The notes under the pieces: model-generated
The model's database searches: none
What the model saw: the letters and a program-made list of their open reading frames with translations, nothing else
What the model was told of the DNA's origin: nothing
In this document: positions 12,500 to 25,439 of the stretch, piece by piece
How the letters are laid out: the number at the start of each line of letters is the position of its first letter
Position numbering within the stretch: position 1 is the stretch's first letter
Assembly (NCBI RefSeq): GCF_963921235.1
Contig: NC_086097.1
Location: forward strand, 163,682,001-163,746,000
Source: Mobula hypostoma
Lineage: Eukaryota
Direction: 5' to 3'
Length of the DNA stretch: 64,000 bases
Position numbers and translations under genes: made by a program

Positions 12500-13228
12500 C
12501 AGAATCATAAGACTACAAGACATTGGAGCAGAATTAGGCCATTTAGCCCGTTGAATCTGTCCCTGCACTTGTATATGGCTGATTTATTCAGCCTCTCGAC
12601 CCCATTCTCCTGCCTTCTCTCCATAACCGTTGAACCCTTATTCATTAAATACCTATCGATTTCTACTTTAAATATACCCAGTAACATCCTCCACAGAAAT
12701 TTGTGGCAATGTATTCCAGCAATTCACCATCCCACTGTTAAAGAAATTCCTTCTCTCCTCTAAAGAGATGTTCTTACGTTTACAGGCTGTGCTCTTTGGT
12801 TCTAGAATCTCCCATTGGAATCATTCTTGCGGCATCTACTCTATTTAGGCCTTCTAGTAATTGATAGATTTCAATGAGATACCACTTCATTCTTCTGAAC
12901 TCCAATGAGTACAGAGCAGAGCCATCAAATGTTCCCCATACATTCACCCTTTCAATCCCTGGATCAATAACCTCCTCTGGACCCTCACCAATGCCAGCAT
13001 ATCCTTTTTTTGATATGGAGCCCAAGACTGCTGACAATGCTCCAAATGTGCTCCATCCAATGCCTTATAAGTTTACAGCAATTCATCTTGCAAGTTAACC
13101 TTTGAGGAATCCTGCATGAGGACCCCCAAGTCTCTTTGCACTTCCAATTTCTGAATTAATTCCCCACTTTGAAAATAGTCTAAAACTTTATTCCTTCTAG
13201 TAAAGTGCATGACCATACTTCCCTACAC
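12500..13228 (-). mobile_element. CR1 LINE 3' fragment
   Basis: LYSLEFRRM and GIFKVEIDRYL motifs; tail-side ggagcagaattaggccatt. Confidence 0.85.
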
Positions 13229-13478
13229 TCAGAATCGGGTTTATTATTCCTGTTTTATGTGACATGAAATTTGTTGTTTTCCAAAGCAATAAAATTACAA
13301 AATAACTAGTGCAAAACAAAAGGAATAATAATGTAGTTTTCATGGACTGTTCTGAAATCTGATGGTGAAGGGGAAGAAGCCCATTTCTGAATCACTGAGT
13401 ATGAGTCGTCAGTCTTCTGTACATCCACCCCAATTGTAGTAATAAGAAGAGGTCATGTCCCGGATGGAGAGGGTCCTT
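13229..13478 (-). mobile_element. Rex1/Babar 3' fragment
   Basis: tcagaatcgggtttatt tail and DPLHPGHDLFLLL motif. Confidence 0.7.
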
Positions 13479-13982
13479 AAGGAGCAGGATTAATTCATTT
13501 GGCCCATCAAGTCTGCTCTGCCATTTCATTATGGCTGATCCAATCTTCCTCACAGCCCTAATCTCCTGCCTTCTCTCCATATCCCTTCATGCCCTGATCA
13601 GTCAAGAATCTATCAACCTCTGCCTTAAATATACATAAAGACCTGGCCTCCACAGACACCTATAGCAAAGAATTCCACAGATTCATTACTCTGGCTAAAG
13701 AAATTCATCCTCGTCTCTGTTCAAAAAGGAAAACCCCCTACTCTGATGCTGTATCTTCTGGTCTTAGACTTTCCCTTCATTGGAAATATTCTCCCACATC
13801 CATTCTATCAGGACCTTTCACCATTCGATAGGTATCAAAGAGATCATCCCTCATTCTTCTGAATTCCAGTGAATACAGGCCCAGAGCTATCAGATGCTCT
13901 TCATATGACAGGCCATTCAATCCTGGAATCATTTTCGTCAACATCCTTTGAACCCTCTCCAGTTTCAGCATATCCTTTCTAA

Positions 13983-14143
13983 GATACGATAGGGTCTTTT
14001 AAGAGACTCCTGGATAGGTACATGGAGCTCAGAAAAATAGAGGGCTATGGGTAACCCTAGGTTATTTCTGAGGTAAGGACATGTTCAACACAGCTTTGTG
14101 GGCCAAAGGGCCTGTATTGTGCTGTAGGTTTTCTATGTTTCTA
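13983..14143 (+). mobile_element. CR1 3' tail fragment, same family as 3490-6418
   Basis: Close match to 6259-6418 (gatacgatagggtcttttaagagact...gtaggttttcta). Confidence 0.9.
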
Positions 14144-15465
14144 TATTATGATCACTTGCCCTGAAGGGTTCTTTTACTTTAAGCTTTCCAATTAATTCTG
14201 GTTCATTGCACAACACCCAATCCGGAATGGCTGATCCTGTAGTGGGCTCAACCAGAAGCTGCTCTCAAAATCCATCTTGTAGGCACTCTAAAAATTCCCC
14301 CTCCTGTATCCAGCACCATTCTTATTTTCCCAATCTTCCTACATATTGAAATCCCCCATGACTGCAGTAACATTGTCCTTTTGGCATGCATTTTCTATCT
14401 CCCTTTGTCATTTGTAGGCCACATTCTTACTACTGTTTGAGGGTCTGTATACAACTCTCATCAGGGTCTATTTACGCTTACTGTTTCTTAGCTCTATCTA
14501 CAATGACCCAACTCCTTCCGGCCCCATGTCACCTCTTTATAGTGATTTGATTTATTTTTTTTTTACTAACAGAGCAAATCCACCCTCTCTGTCTTCCAGC
14601 CTATACAATGTGAATCCTTGGACATTAAGCTCCCTGCTGTAATCTTTCAGCCATGATTCTGTGATGCCTACAACATCATACCTGCCAATCTGCAACTGTG
14701 CTGCGTTCATCTACCTTATAACGTAAACTGTGCGTATTCAGATACAACACCTTTAGTCCTGTATTCACCCTTTTCAATTTCGTCGCACCATGCTCAACTT
14801 TTTGATTGCTACATTTGTCTGAGGTCTTACCAACATCTGCCTCCACAACCTCTCCACTAACTGTTCTGGCGCTCTTGTTACCTTTTCCCTGCAATTCTAT
14901 TGTAAACCCCACCATGCAACAAACCTTCCCGCTTGGATATTAGTCCCCCTTCAGTTCAGGTGCAAATTGTCCCTTTTATACAGATCCCACCTTTCCTGGA
15001 AGAGAGTCCAATGACCTAAAAATCCTATGCCCTCCCTCCTACGCCAACTCTTAGCCACAAATTAAATTGTATAATCTTTCTAGTTCTAGCCTCACTAGCA
15101 TGCCACATGGGTAGCAATCTTGAGATTGCAACCTGGAGGTCCTGCCCTTTAACTTAGCACCTAACGCCCTGAACTCCCTATGCAGAACTTCATCACTCAT
15201 CCTGCCCATGTTATTGGTACCTACATAGACCACAACTTCTGGCTGTTCACCCTCCCACTTAAGAATGCTGAGGACTCAATCTGAGATATCCTGGAACCTG
15301 GCACCTGGGATGCAACAACTATTTGGGGATCTCATTCTTGCCCACAGAACCTCCTGTCCATTCCCCTAAAAAATGGATCCCCTATCACTGCAGCATACCT
15401 CTTCTTCCCATTTCTCTTCTGAGTCACAGAGGCAAACTCAGTGCCAGAGACCAGACCACTGTGAC

Positions 15466-15615
15466 ACTCATGCTGGAGGAACTCAGCAGGTCGGGCAGGG
15501 TTCCGGCCCGAAACATCGACTGATCTTTTCCACGGGTGCTGCCCAACCTGCTGAGTTCCTCCAGCATGTTGTGAGTGCTGCTTTGACCCCAGCATCTGCA
15601 GATTATTTTGTGTTT
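15466..15615. mobile_element. 150-bp PLE terminal-repeat insertion with a short inverted arm, inside CR1 ORF1
   Basis: 16-bp TSD ACCAGACCACTGTGAC at 15450-15465 and 15616-15631; inverted arms tgctggaggaactcagcagg / cctgctgagttcctccagca. Confidence 0.88.
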
Positions 15616-16369
15616 ACCAGACCACTGTGACTTTCCTCTGTTAGATCATCCCCCTCCCCCGACAGTATCCAAAGAGATATACCTGTCGCTGAGGGGGTTG
15701 GCCACAAGGATACCTGCACTGGCTCCTAAACCCCTTTTCCCTTCCTGACTGTTTCCCAGTTTCCTGTGTCCTGCACCTTGGGTGTAACTGCCTCTCTATT
15801 TGTCCTATCTATATCCACTTTAGCCTTCCGAATGATCCGGGATTCATCCAGTTCCTTAACGTGATTTGTTAGAAACTGCAGCTGGATGCACTTCTCACAG
15901 TTGTAGTGGTCAGAGAAATTGGATGTCTCCTTGCTTTCACACATTCTACATGAGGGGCATAACACCAGCCTACCTGACATCTCTACTGTCCTAGCTGAGC
16001 AGATATATTGAAGAGAAGGAAGAAACTTGAGCTTTTCTTTCCTTTGTTTTCTCTGAGCCAAGCCTCTCTTCGCTAAAGTTTTGAAGAGCTGAGGCCTTAA
16101 GATCACCACCCTATGTCCATTCAGACATTGGCTGCTACACTTGTCCCTGCCTTCCTTTAATTTGTAATTATTAATTAATCCCAAAAACCAGTTGACCATT
16201 GGTCAAAGCTCTATTACGCTGCCGCAACCTCATGCAGTGGACCAGATTGAAGTCCCCTCTTCTCCAAACTTCCAAAGTCCGGATCGGCCACTGGTGAAAG
16301 CTCTATTGATGATGGATTCCATCTCTTGAAAATAACCTCAAGAACATGAGTTGTCTCCAATGCAAATAA

Positions 16370-17335
16370 TGAGCCAATCCTCATCAGGGGATCAGAGGTG
16401 GAGAGGGTACTTTAAATTCCTTGGTAATATTATTTCAGAGGATCTGTCCTCGGTCCAGCACATAAGCACCATTATGAGAAAGCAAGACAATGCCTCTACT
16501 TTCTTAGAAGTTTGTGAAGATTTAGCAGGTCATCTCAATCTTTGCCAAACTTCTATGGATGTGCTGTGGAATGTATATTGACTGGTTGCATAACAGCTTA
16601 GTAGGGAAAAAGTGATGCCCTTGAATGGAAAAGCCTACAAGAAGTAGTGGCTACAGCCCAGTCCATCACTGAACACATTTACGTGGAGTGACATGGCAGA
16701 AAAGCAGCATTCATCGTCAAAAGCCCCACCATCTAGGCCATGTCACTTTTCACTGCTGCATCAGGTAGGAAGGTCAGGAATCTCAGAGCCCACACTACTA
16801 GGTTCAGGAACAGTTATTATCCCTCAGCCATCAGACTCTTGAACCAGAGTAGATAACTTCACTCCATCACTGCACTATTCCCACAACCTATGGACTCACT
16901 TTCAAGGACTCCTCGTCTCGTATTCTTGATATTTATTGCTTGCTTATTTATTTATTTATTTCCCCCTCTGCCATCCGATTCCTAAATGGACATTGAAGCT
17001 TTGGACACTACCTCACTTCTTTTTTAATATACAGTATTTCTGTTTTTGCACGTTTGTTTTAAATCTATTCAATATATGTAATGGATTTACTTGTCTATTT
17101 ATTACTATGTTTTATTTTATTTATTATTTTTTTTCTCCCTGCTAGATTATGTATTGCAGTGAACTGCTGCTGCTAAGTTGTCACATGCCAGTGATAATAA
17201 ACCTGATTCTGTTTCTGATTGATTAGTTATATATTTTTCTTTTTTTTTTGCTTCTGCACAGTTTCTTGTCTTTTGCACATTGGATGTTTGTCCTGTTGAG
17301 TGTGGTCTTTTGCTGATTCTATTGTATTTACTAGG
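16370..17335 (+). mobile_element. Rex1/Babar 3' fragments (two, probably nested)
   Basis: FKFLGNIISEDL motif and C-terminal remnants; a second 3'UTR at about 16965-17220 ends ataataaacctgattctg. Confidence 0.75.
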
Positions 17336-18699
17336 ACATACAGTTTACTTCCCTATTTATTTTCCACAGTGAGTTCATCTAGCTACCGAGTGTAGCATCC
17401 CCTCTCCCTTCCAAGGAGAAGATACTTCCAGCTAATAAAGTAGTTCAAAACACTGTTCATTTCTTTTCAGTGATACACATTTAAATCCACACAACAATCT
17501 TAAAATATATTTGGAGCTCACAAAGGACTTTTATCTAATACATTTACAAATTGCAAAACATTTCTAAAACACAAATCATTTCCTAAACATGAAGCATTTC
17601 TTAAACATAAAGGGCAAAGGATCTCCAACACACATACAATTCCTGTAAACTAAAAAGACGTACCAACAATTTGCAGACAAGAGAATCATCTGTCACCAAA
17701 ATTGAAGCTGGAGGTATGGATTCTCATTTACACATTTTTTAAGGCATCCTTATGTTTTGTATCCCATTCTTAATCAGTCCAAAACTGCTCTCTACATTTA
17801 TACCCTTTTTTCTCTCATTTAGGTGACTTCACATGCATATACAGTATTTCTTCAGATATCCTTTTGACACAGTCTAAAAGCATTTTTGTGATGTAGATCT
17901 TGGGTAGCTACCATTAATGCTATAAAGCAAACTTCTGAGTACATAAACCCTTTGAATTATAAACACATAAGTTATTGATATGCTAAATGATATTATCCAT
18001 CTATTATGCAAGATTCTCGAACTAAACAAATTAAACCTGTTTGAGACAAGCCAAATTAAACAACACGTTGTCTTACACTCTATCTTGAGCAGTAATAAAG
18101 CAGGTACAGTGAGTTTCCACAGGCACAATGTCCTCTATATATAGAGCTATTTTCAATGTTACTCTATAGCGAGTGTTTCTAACTTACAGCTGATTATGGT
18201 TTTCCACTTACATTTCAAGAACTAAAGACTGACTTCCTTTCACAACCAGAAACTAAACAATGCTATTTTAGTTGGAAGTTTACTTATATCTGTTTCATCT
18301 GGCAAGTAGCAGCTACTATTTAGAAAGCAAGCTTAGCAAACATGAGATCTCCAGCTTAGGACAGTGAATAGCCATCACATTACCAAAGCAATCTGGGAGA
18401 ACACATCTCACTTGCAAAGGGTACAGATAGGTGAGTAGATGGAATATGATGTGGAACTAGCTTTCCTAACTTAAAAGAGAAATTTGGACGCAATTCGCTC
18501 TGCTCCTTTCACCTCAGTCATGGATGCAGATTGTAAGCAGTTGAGATGTTTGCATAGATTCTTGTGGTATCCTGCTTGCCAACTGTTTTCTTTTGCTCTT
18601 TTTGTTAGTCACACATCTATCCATGCTAAGTATTACCCTGTGCTGTTAGCTTTTAACCTGGGTGATGACCTTTCATGTGGCACTTGATTTATGCCTTAT

Positions 18700-21280
18700 G
18701 CTCCTGCAGCCCGGACCTGGAACACCTGTCTGTGAAGTGTCGTCCCTACTATCTGCCATGGGAATTCACCTCGGTCATACTGACTGCAGTCTACATTTCC
18801 CCCCCCAGGCGGACGTGGAGTGTGCTCTGAACATACTGTATGCCAGCATCAGTGAACTTGAGACCAGGTATCCGGAGGTTTTGCTCATTACAGCCAGGGA
18901 CTTTAACCAGGCCAACCTCAGAAAGGTGCTTCTAAAGTTATACCAACATGTCTCCTGCCCCACTAGAGGCCCGAATATACTTGACCACTGCTACACAGCA
19001 GTCAAGGATGTCTACCATTCTGTCCCACGATCTCACTTCGGAAAATTGGACCATCAGACCGTACTCCTCCTCCCGCTTTCAAACAGAAACTGAAGCGGGA
19101 GGTCACGGTGTCAAAAGTAGTGTCGCGTTGGACGAAGGAAACGGATGAGGTCCTCAGTGACTGCTTTGAATCGGTGGACTGGTTAGTATTCAAGGACTTG
19201 GCAGCTAACCTCGGTGAGTATGCCTCAGCTGTCATGGACTTTATTTGGAAATGCACGGAGGACTCTGTGTCTCGCAAAACGATCCGGGTATGCCCTAACC
19301 GGAAACCTTGGATGATTTATGAGGTCAAGTCCCTTTTAAAGGCTAGAGCTGCGGCACTTCGGTCCGGGGATACCAGTCGCTACACGGAATCCAGGCAAGA
19401 ACTCCGGAAAGCTATTAAGGGCGCCAAGAGGCAATATCGAGCCAAGTTGGAAACCCAGGCTAACCAAAAGGATGCCAGTAGACTATGGCAGGGTCTAAAT
19501 GAGATCACTGGGCGCAAAGAAAAGGCTGGGAATATCAATAACTGTGGCGCTTCTCTTCCTGATGAACTTAACGTATTCTACGCAAGATTGGAACAGAAGA
19601 GGAGCGTCCCGCTCCCTCCGGATGAACTGGACCTGGTGGCATCGAGATTCATCGTCACCGAGGAGGATGTTAGGGCCTTCCTGAAGATAAATCCAAGGAA
19701 GGCGATGGGCCCAGATGGCGTCCCGGGACGGATTCTCCGAGCCTGTGCAAGCGAGCTAGCTGGAGTGTTTGCTGACATCTTCAACTGCTCCTTGCTTCAG
19801 TCTAAGATCCCCTCGTGTTTTAAGAAGGCAACGATAATCCCAGTGCCGAAGAAGAGCAAGGTGGCAAGCCTGAATGACTATCGACCTGTGGCTCTGACGT
19901 TAATTGCTATGAAGTGCTTCAAGAGATTGGTTATGGCACACATCAACCACAGCCTACCGGTCAACCTCGACGCTTTGCAATTCACCTACCGGAGCAACAG
20001 GTCAATGGCAGATGCCATCTCTCTGGCCCTACATTCCTCCTTAGAACACCTGGAGAATAAAGACGCATACGTAAGGCTCCTGTTCATTGACTACAGCTCT
20101 GCCTTTAATACCATCATTCCAAGTAAACTGATTCCTAAGCTCCGGAACCTGGGCCTTAGCACTCAGATCTGCAGCTGGATCTTCAACTTCCTCACAGACA
20201 GGACCCAGGCTGTAAAAATAGGGGACAAGCTCTCCTCTGCAATCACTCTGAGCACCGGTGCCCCACAAGGCTGTGTACTCAGCCCCCTGCTGTACTCACT
20301 GTACACCCATGATTGCGTAGCCAAGTTTCCACTGAACTCAATATATAAGTTTGCTGATGACACAACAAATGTAGGTCGTATCTCGGGTAATGATGAGTTT
20401 GAGTACAGAGAGGAAATTAAGAACCTGGTGGCATGGTGCAAAGACAATAACCTATCCCTCAACGTCAGCAAGACGAAGGAATTGGTTGTTGACTTCGGAA
20501 GGAGTAGTGGACCGCACGACCCAATTTATATTGGTGGTGCGCAAATGGAACAGGTCAAAAGCTTCAAGTTCCTCGGGGTCAATATCACAAATGGCCTGAT
20601 CTGGTCCAACCAAGCAGAGTTCGCTGCCAAGAAGCCCACCAGCGCCTTTACTTCCTGAGAAAACTAAAGAAATTTGGTCTGTCCCCTAAAACCCTCACTA
20701 ATTTTTATAGATGCACCGTAGAAAGCATTCTTCTAGGGTGCATCACAACCTGGTATGGAAGTTGTCCTGTCCAAGACCGAAAGAAGCTGCAGAAGATCGT
20801 GAACACAGCGCAGCACATCACACAAACCAACCTTCTGTCTGTGGACTCACTTTACACTGCACGCTGTCGGAGCAGTGCTGCCAGGATAATCAAGGACACG
20901 ACCCACCCAGCCAACAGACTTTTCGTCCCTCTTCCCTCCCGGAGAAGGTTCAGGAGCTTGAAGACTCGTATGGCCAGATTTGGGAACAGCTTCTTTCCAA
21001 CTGTGATAAGACTGCTGAACGGATCTTGACCCGGATCTGGGCCGTACCCTCCAAATATCTGGACCTACCTCTCGGTTTTTTTACACTACCTTACTTCCCA
21101 TGTTTCTATTTTCTATTTATGATTTATAATTTAAATGTTTAATATTTACTAATTTAAACTTTTTAATATTTATAATATTTAATATTTGTAATCCAGGGAG
21201 TGTGAAGCGCAGAATCAAATATCGCTGTGATGATTGTACGTTCTAGTACCAATTGTTTGGCGACAATGAAGTATAAAGTA
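18700..21280 (+). mobile_element. Relatively young Rex1/Babar LINE (partial EN, full RT, 3'UTR)
   Basis: EN remnant RDFNQANL...LDHCYT; RT ORF 19108-20658; C-terminus in a shifted frame to 21029; tail aatgaagtataaagtat. Confidence 0.95.
19108..20658 (+). pseudogene. Rex1/Babar reverse transcriptase, 516-aa open segment bounded by frameshifts
   Basis: KAMGPDG, NDYRPVALT, FIDYSSAFNTI, GAPQGCVLSPLLYSLYT and KFADD motifs. Confidence 0.92.
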
Positions 21281-22210
21281 TGTAAATCCAAATGTACTAC
21301 CTCTACGAATTCCACTTTAGTCACCACATTACATTCTCAAAAATCACAAATAAATTTGAACTTACTGAGTTGTCTATGCTTTTAAACTCACTTGTTATCT
21401 CTGACTCCCTAAAGTTGTCCCTGTATAAATTAATTTTTGCCCCAAAATAATATACTTAATGTTAAAAACATACTTCTGGTACAGTTGGTGATCAATATTA
21501 ATAGAAAGTCAATAAACAGCAGATGGTGGATACTCTCAATATGTTGAATATTGTACACAGAAAGAGAATCAGGATAAGGCCAATTACTTTTCATCAAAAC
21601 TGTGAAAATGAGAAAAGCGAGTGAGTTTTAGGATGCAAAGAGGATGGAGGAGGGATGGATAGAACACTATGGCTGGGTGAGACTAGAATACCCCAGACAA
21701 TGCTAATGACAAATTCATGTGAACAGTGACAGAGACAGAGAATGCTGGGAAATTCCAACACCATGGCAATATCTGTGGAAACAGAAGAGTTGGGCTAATA
21801 TAAAGATATTTTCACTGAACTTGGCAATTTCTGATATAAACAAGAAAAAAAAACAAGTTACCTCACTGACATGAACCTTCGTTCTTCCCTATGGTAACTA
21901 ATTTAGGGCTTCTTCTAACTGTCATTCCAGTAATGAAAGGAAGTGAGACACTTGCTGCAGACAGAATGATTCTTGGAAAATAAATAGCTCTTCATTGTTA
22001 TGGATTATGAGATTGTCATATTTATTTATTTAATATGCATGCCTTTTTGAACCTGCTGACTGTATGGTTCTCTCTGGCCTCTTCTAGTGTGATACTGAAT
22101 GCCCAAGTCAGTGCAGCCTTTCATTGATTTTGTTATGGTTATTGTTCTACAGATATATTGAGTGTGCCCACAAGAAAATGAACCTCGGGGTTGTATGTGG
22201 TGTCATATAT

Positions 22211-22795
22211 GGTGGTGGCATCCGTTAGTCTCGCGAGACCATGGATCTGCGCCTGGAAGGTCTTGCTTCAGTCTGCATTAGAGCAGTGTATGTTGTGGCT
22301 GTAGAGGCCCACACGGGAGTGACAGTCTTGGCTGCATCGACTGCACTTGAAGGCGCTGTCCTTCAGTGCTGTCTTGGTGCTGTTTTTCCAACAAGTGCGC
22401 TTTTCTTCAGTAGCAAGCCTCAGCTTCTCTTCTCCTCTTTTTAGACCTCTGCGTAGTTCCAGCCTCCAGTGAGAGCGATTGCTTGCAATGTCCTCCACCT
22501 CTCAACGTTCATTTTCAGTGACTTCAGGTCTCTCTTGCAAATGTCTTTGAAACGAAGATGGGGCCGCCCTTGAGCTCTCTTGCCGGAGGCCAGTTCCCTG
22601 TACAGCAGGTCTTTCAGGATCCTCTCATCTGACATGCGGTGTACGTGGCCCAGCCAGCAGAGAGACCATTGTTGGAGCAGGGTGAAGAGGTTGGGCATCT
22701 GGGCATGGGCCAGGACCTCATTGTTGGTGACTCGGTCAGTCCACATGATGTCCAGGATGCGTCTCAGGCTGCGAAGGTGGAAGGCATTGAGACGT
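22211..22795 (-). mobile_element. RTE-clade LINE 3' fragment inserted in a Rex1 3'UTR remnant
   Basis: WTDRVTNNEVL...WLGHVHRM...GRPHLRFKD, a C-terminal C2H2 finger (CSRCSQDCHSRVGLYSHNIHC) and a 3' end ...GGATGCC(ACC)n. Confidence 0.88.
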
Positions 22796-23709
22796 GTATA
22801 TAGTCTGATAATAAATTTACTTAGAACTCTGAACTTTGAGGTGTCACTTTGAAAAACATCTTCACTAGTGCTTGGTTGATATGTGGCTCTGCTACTGTGG
22901 ATTCCTTAAGCAGTCCATAGGGTTGCAGAGAAATCATGAATTTGCATGCTGCATAATCTATTTCAGGCAGGATTAATTCAAGGTTGCCAGAGCTGAGATG
23001 TTGACACTGTCAGCAAGAAACTTAATGCCAGTGGTTTATACCATTGTTATTATTCAATTGTTGCATATGCTTTTTGTCTGGATTTTAGAGCTATGTAGTG
23101 GTCAAAACATACTCCCAGTCAGTCCAAGAGCTGACAAGCCCAGAAATAATATACATTGGTTTTGTATGCTTCAATTTGATATCAGAGGGTGGCACTGAAT
23201 TGTTTCTCTGGCCTAGAGGTTGTTAATCATCCTTTCCCCCCCCCCCCCACCCCACAGATGAAAAGGAGCGATAAATTGGGTGGTGTCTCTGTCCCTACAG
23301 CTGCACATTTATCTAGGATCCAATCTTCCCAGGGATAACTAACTAACTAATTGTCAAATGAAGGAACTATGCACACTCAGCGAGTGTACTTGGAGCATAA
23401 AGTGTCCCTCTATCCTTCTGATCTTGTATCAGACCAAAAATGAGCCTGCATGAATGAGATACTGCATATGTGTTGAACGTGAGGTACAAAAAATCGGAGA
23501 TGCTGGAAATACTCTGAGGTCAAGCAGCATCTGAAGGTGCAGCAGTCTGAAACATTAACTGTTAACTTTCGCTCAGGTGCTGCCTAATCTGCTGAGTATT
23601 TTTGGTAGTTATGATTTTATTAAAAATCATGTGTGTTTCAAAATTCTATATTCTGTTATTTGTAAATTGTACATAACCTACATGAAATACAAATTCTATT
23701 ACATCTCAT

Positions 23710-24340
23710 TGCTATGCATGTCAATATTCACAACCTTCTACAAGTGCACAGTACGGAGCATCCTAACATGCTGCATCATTGCACAGTGCAGAAGCTGCAC
23801 TGCAGTAGACAATGCACTACAATGGGTGGTCAAAACTACCCAACACATCACCGGTGCCTGCTTACCCACCGTCAAGGACGTACGTACACAAGGGTGCTTG
23901 AAAAAGGCCGGCAATATCATAAAGGATCCCACCACCCTGCTCATGGACTGTTTATCCCTCTCCAACCAGAGAGGAGACTGCATGGCATCCACGTCAGAAC
24001 CACCGGACTCGAAAACAGCTACTTTCCCCAAACAGTAAGAGTGATCAACACCTCCACCCACTAACTCATCTCTACATGCCTCTCACCACCACTACTTCAT
24101 CACTTCCTGTCAGAGTCACCTTATGTACAGATATTCCGGTATCCAACATCACTTTATGTATGTACAATCAATCAAGTAACATAAGCTATCTTATGTATTT
24201 TTATTTACTGTGTTTTTTTGTTATTGTACTCTTTATCTTGTCTTTTTTTTGCGTTATGTTGGATATGGCGTAAGTTATTTTATTCTTCTTTACACTTGTG
24301 TTGGATGTTACATTAAGCAATCTTGAATTTTGAATATTGA
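23710..24340 (+). mobile_element. Rex1/Babar 3' fragment
   Basis: FYKCTVRSILTCCI...IIKDP motif; (cttgaat)-type tail, same family as 1520-3085. Confidence 0.85.
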
Positions 24341-24829
24341 CACAACTGGTTCATTGTTGGTTCCCTTTGCCTGATTCCAGCATCTAAAACTATGGGGCAT
24401 ATTCAGATTCCCTTATACGTGGAAGTTTCCTTCCTTCCTTAACAGTTATACTAATCTCAGAGCCTGCTGATATTGCTGTGTTGCTTTTAATTGTGATAAA
24501 CCAGCTCCAATCCGGGACAATTCAGTCAGTTTGGAGACTGACACTAGTGAAGGTGCATTCAGCTGTGCAAAAAGCCTCGCACCGTTAAGCTAAACGCTTG
24601 ACTTTTGCAGGCAATACAGCCTGGTTTTGTTTTTATAGGCAGTCTGCAGAATCATATCAGCAGATTTCCAGCTGACGAGAAGTTCTCAGAATTAATGTGG
24701 TTTAAAAATTGTAGATAAGAAAGGACTTTTTGAAGATTGCAGGAGTTAAGTGATCCATAATAAATAAAGGCTAAAGTATCTCCTGCCTGTTGTTGATGGT
24801 CAAGATTTTATCTAATCCCATTACCTCAC

Positions 24830-25318
24830 CAGCAATACTACCTGGTACAGGAACTGTACTACTCTCAATGGCAGGGCACTGCAGAGAGTGGTGCGGACAG
24901 CCCAGCGCGTCTGTGGATGTGAAATTTCCTCTGTTCAGGACATTGACAGCAGCAGGCGTGTATAAAGGGCCTGGAGGATTATCAGGGACTCCAGCCACCC
25001 CAACCACAAACTGTTTCAGTTGCTTCTGTCTGTCAAATGGTACTGCAACATTAAGGCCAGGACCAACAGGCTCCAGGACAGCTTCTTTCACCCGGCCATC
25101 AGATTTCCCAATACACATTGATCTGATTGTATATTGGACTTGTATTTAACTGTACATACAGGTATATAAAAATATGTATACAATATTAGTGTTTGAGCAA
25201 TATTATTCCACATTTCTCTTCCTGATCGCTTGTAAATAGCAACGGAGATGCAACATGAAGATTTTTACTCCCTCATGTTGTGAGATTGATGCAAGAAATA
25301 AAAATTCTAATTCTAATA
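24830..25318 (+). mobile_element. Rex1/Babar 3' fragment
   Basis: C-terminal remnant ending gacagcttctttcacccggccatcag; tail aataaaaattctaattctaa. Confidence 0.7.
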
Positions 25319-25439
25319 CATTAAACGTATTTGTAATGTGAATTTGCATCTGTTTTAGAAATAGATCCAAATTCAAGTGAATGTATGAACTCGACATTCA
25401 AGCTTGGTACTGCCTAAATATTGCTACAGATAGACTATT

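Larger units (their letters stand above)
13480..16310 (-). mobile_element. CR1 LINE with 5'UTR, ORF1 (Zn-finger plus SGNH esterase), EN and 3' end; large internal deletion
   Basis: ORF1 remnants CPSCRMCE...CEKCIQLQ, VIGDPFFRG and VYVGTNNMG; EN start VLYLNTHSL; RT C-terminus LERVQR...LGLYSLEFRR. Confidence 0.88.

Noticed and set aside
15051..15420. SGNH esterase-like coding remnants (also 45931-46188) as a host gene
   Set aside because: The esterase is a known CR1 ORF1 domain and these copies are frameshifted within LINEs.
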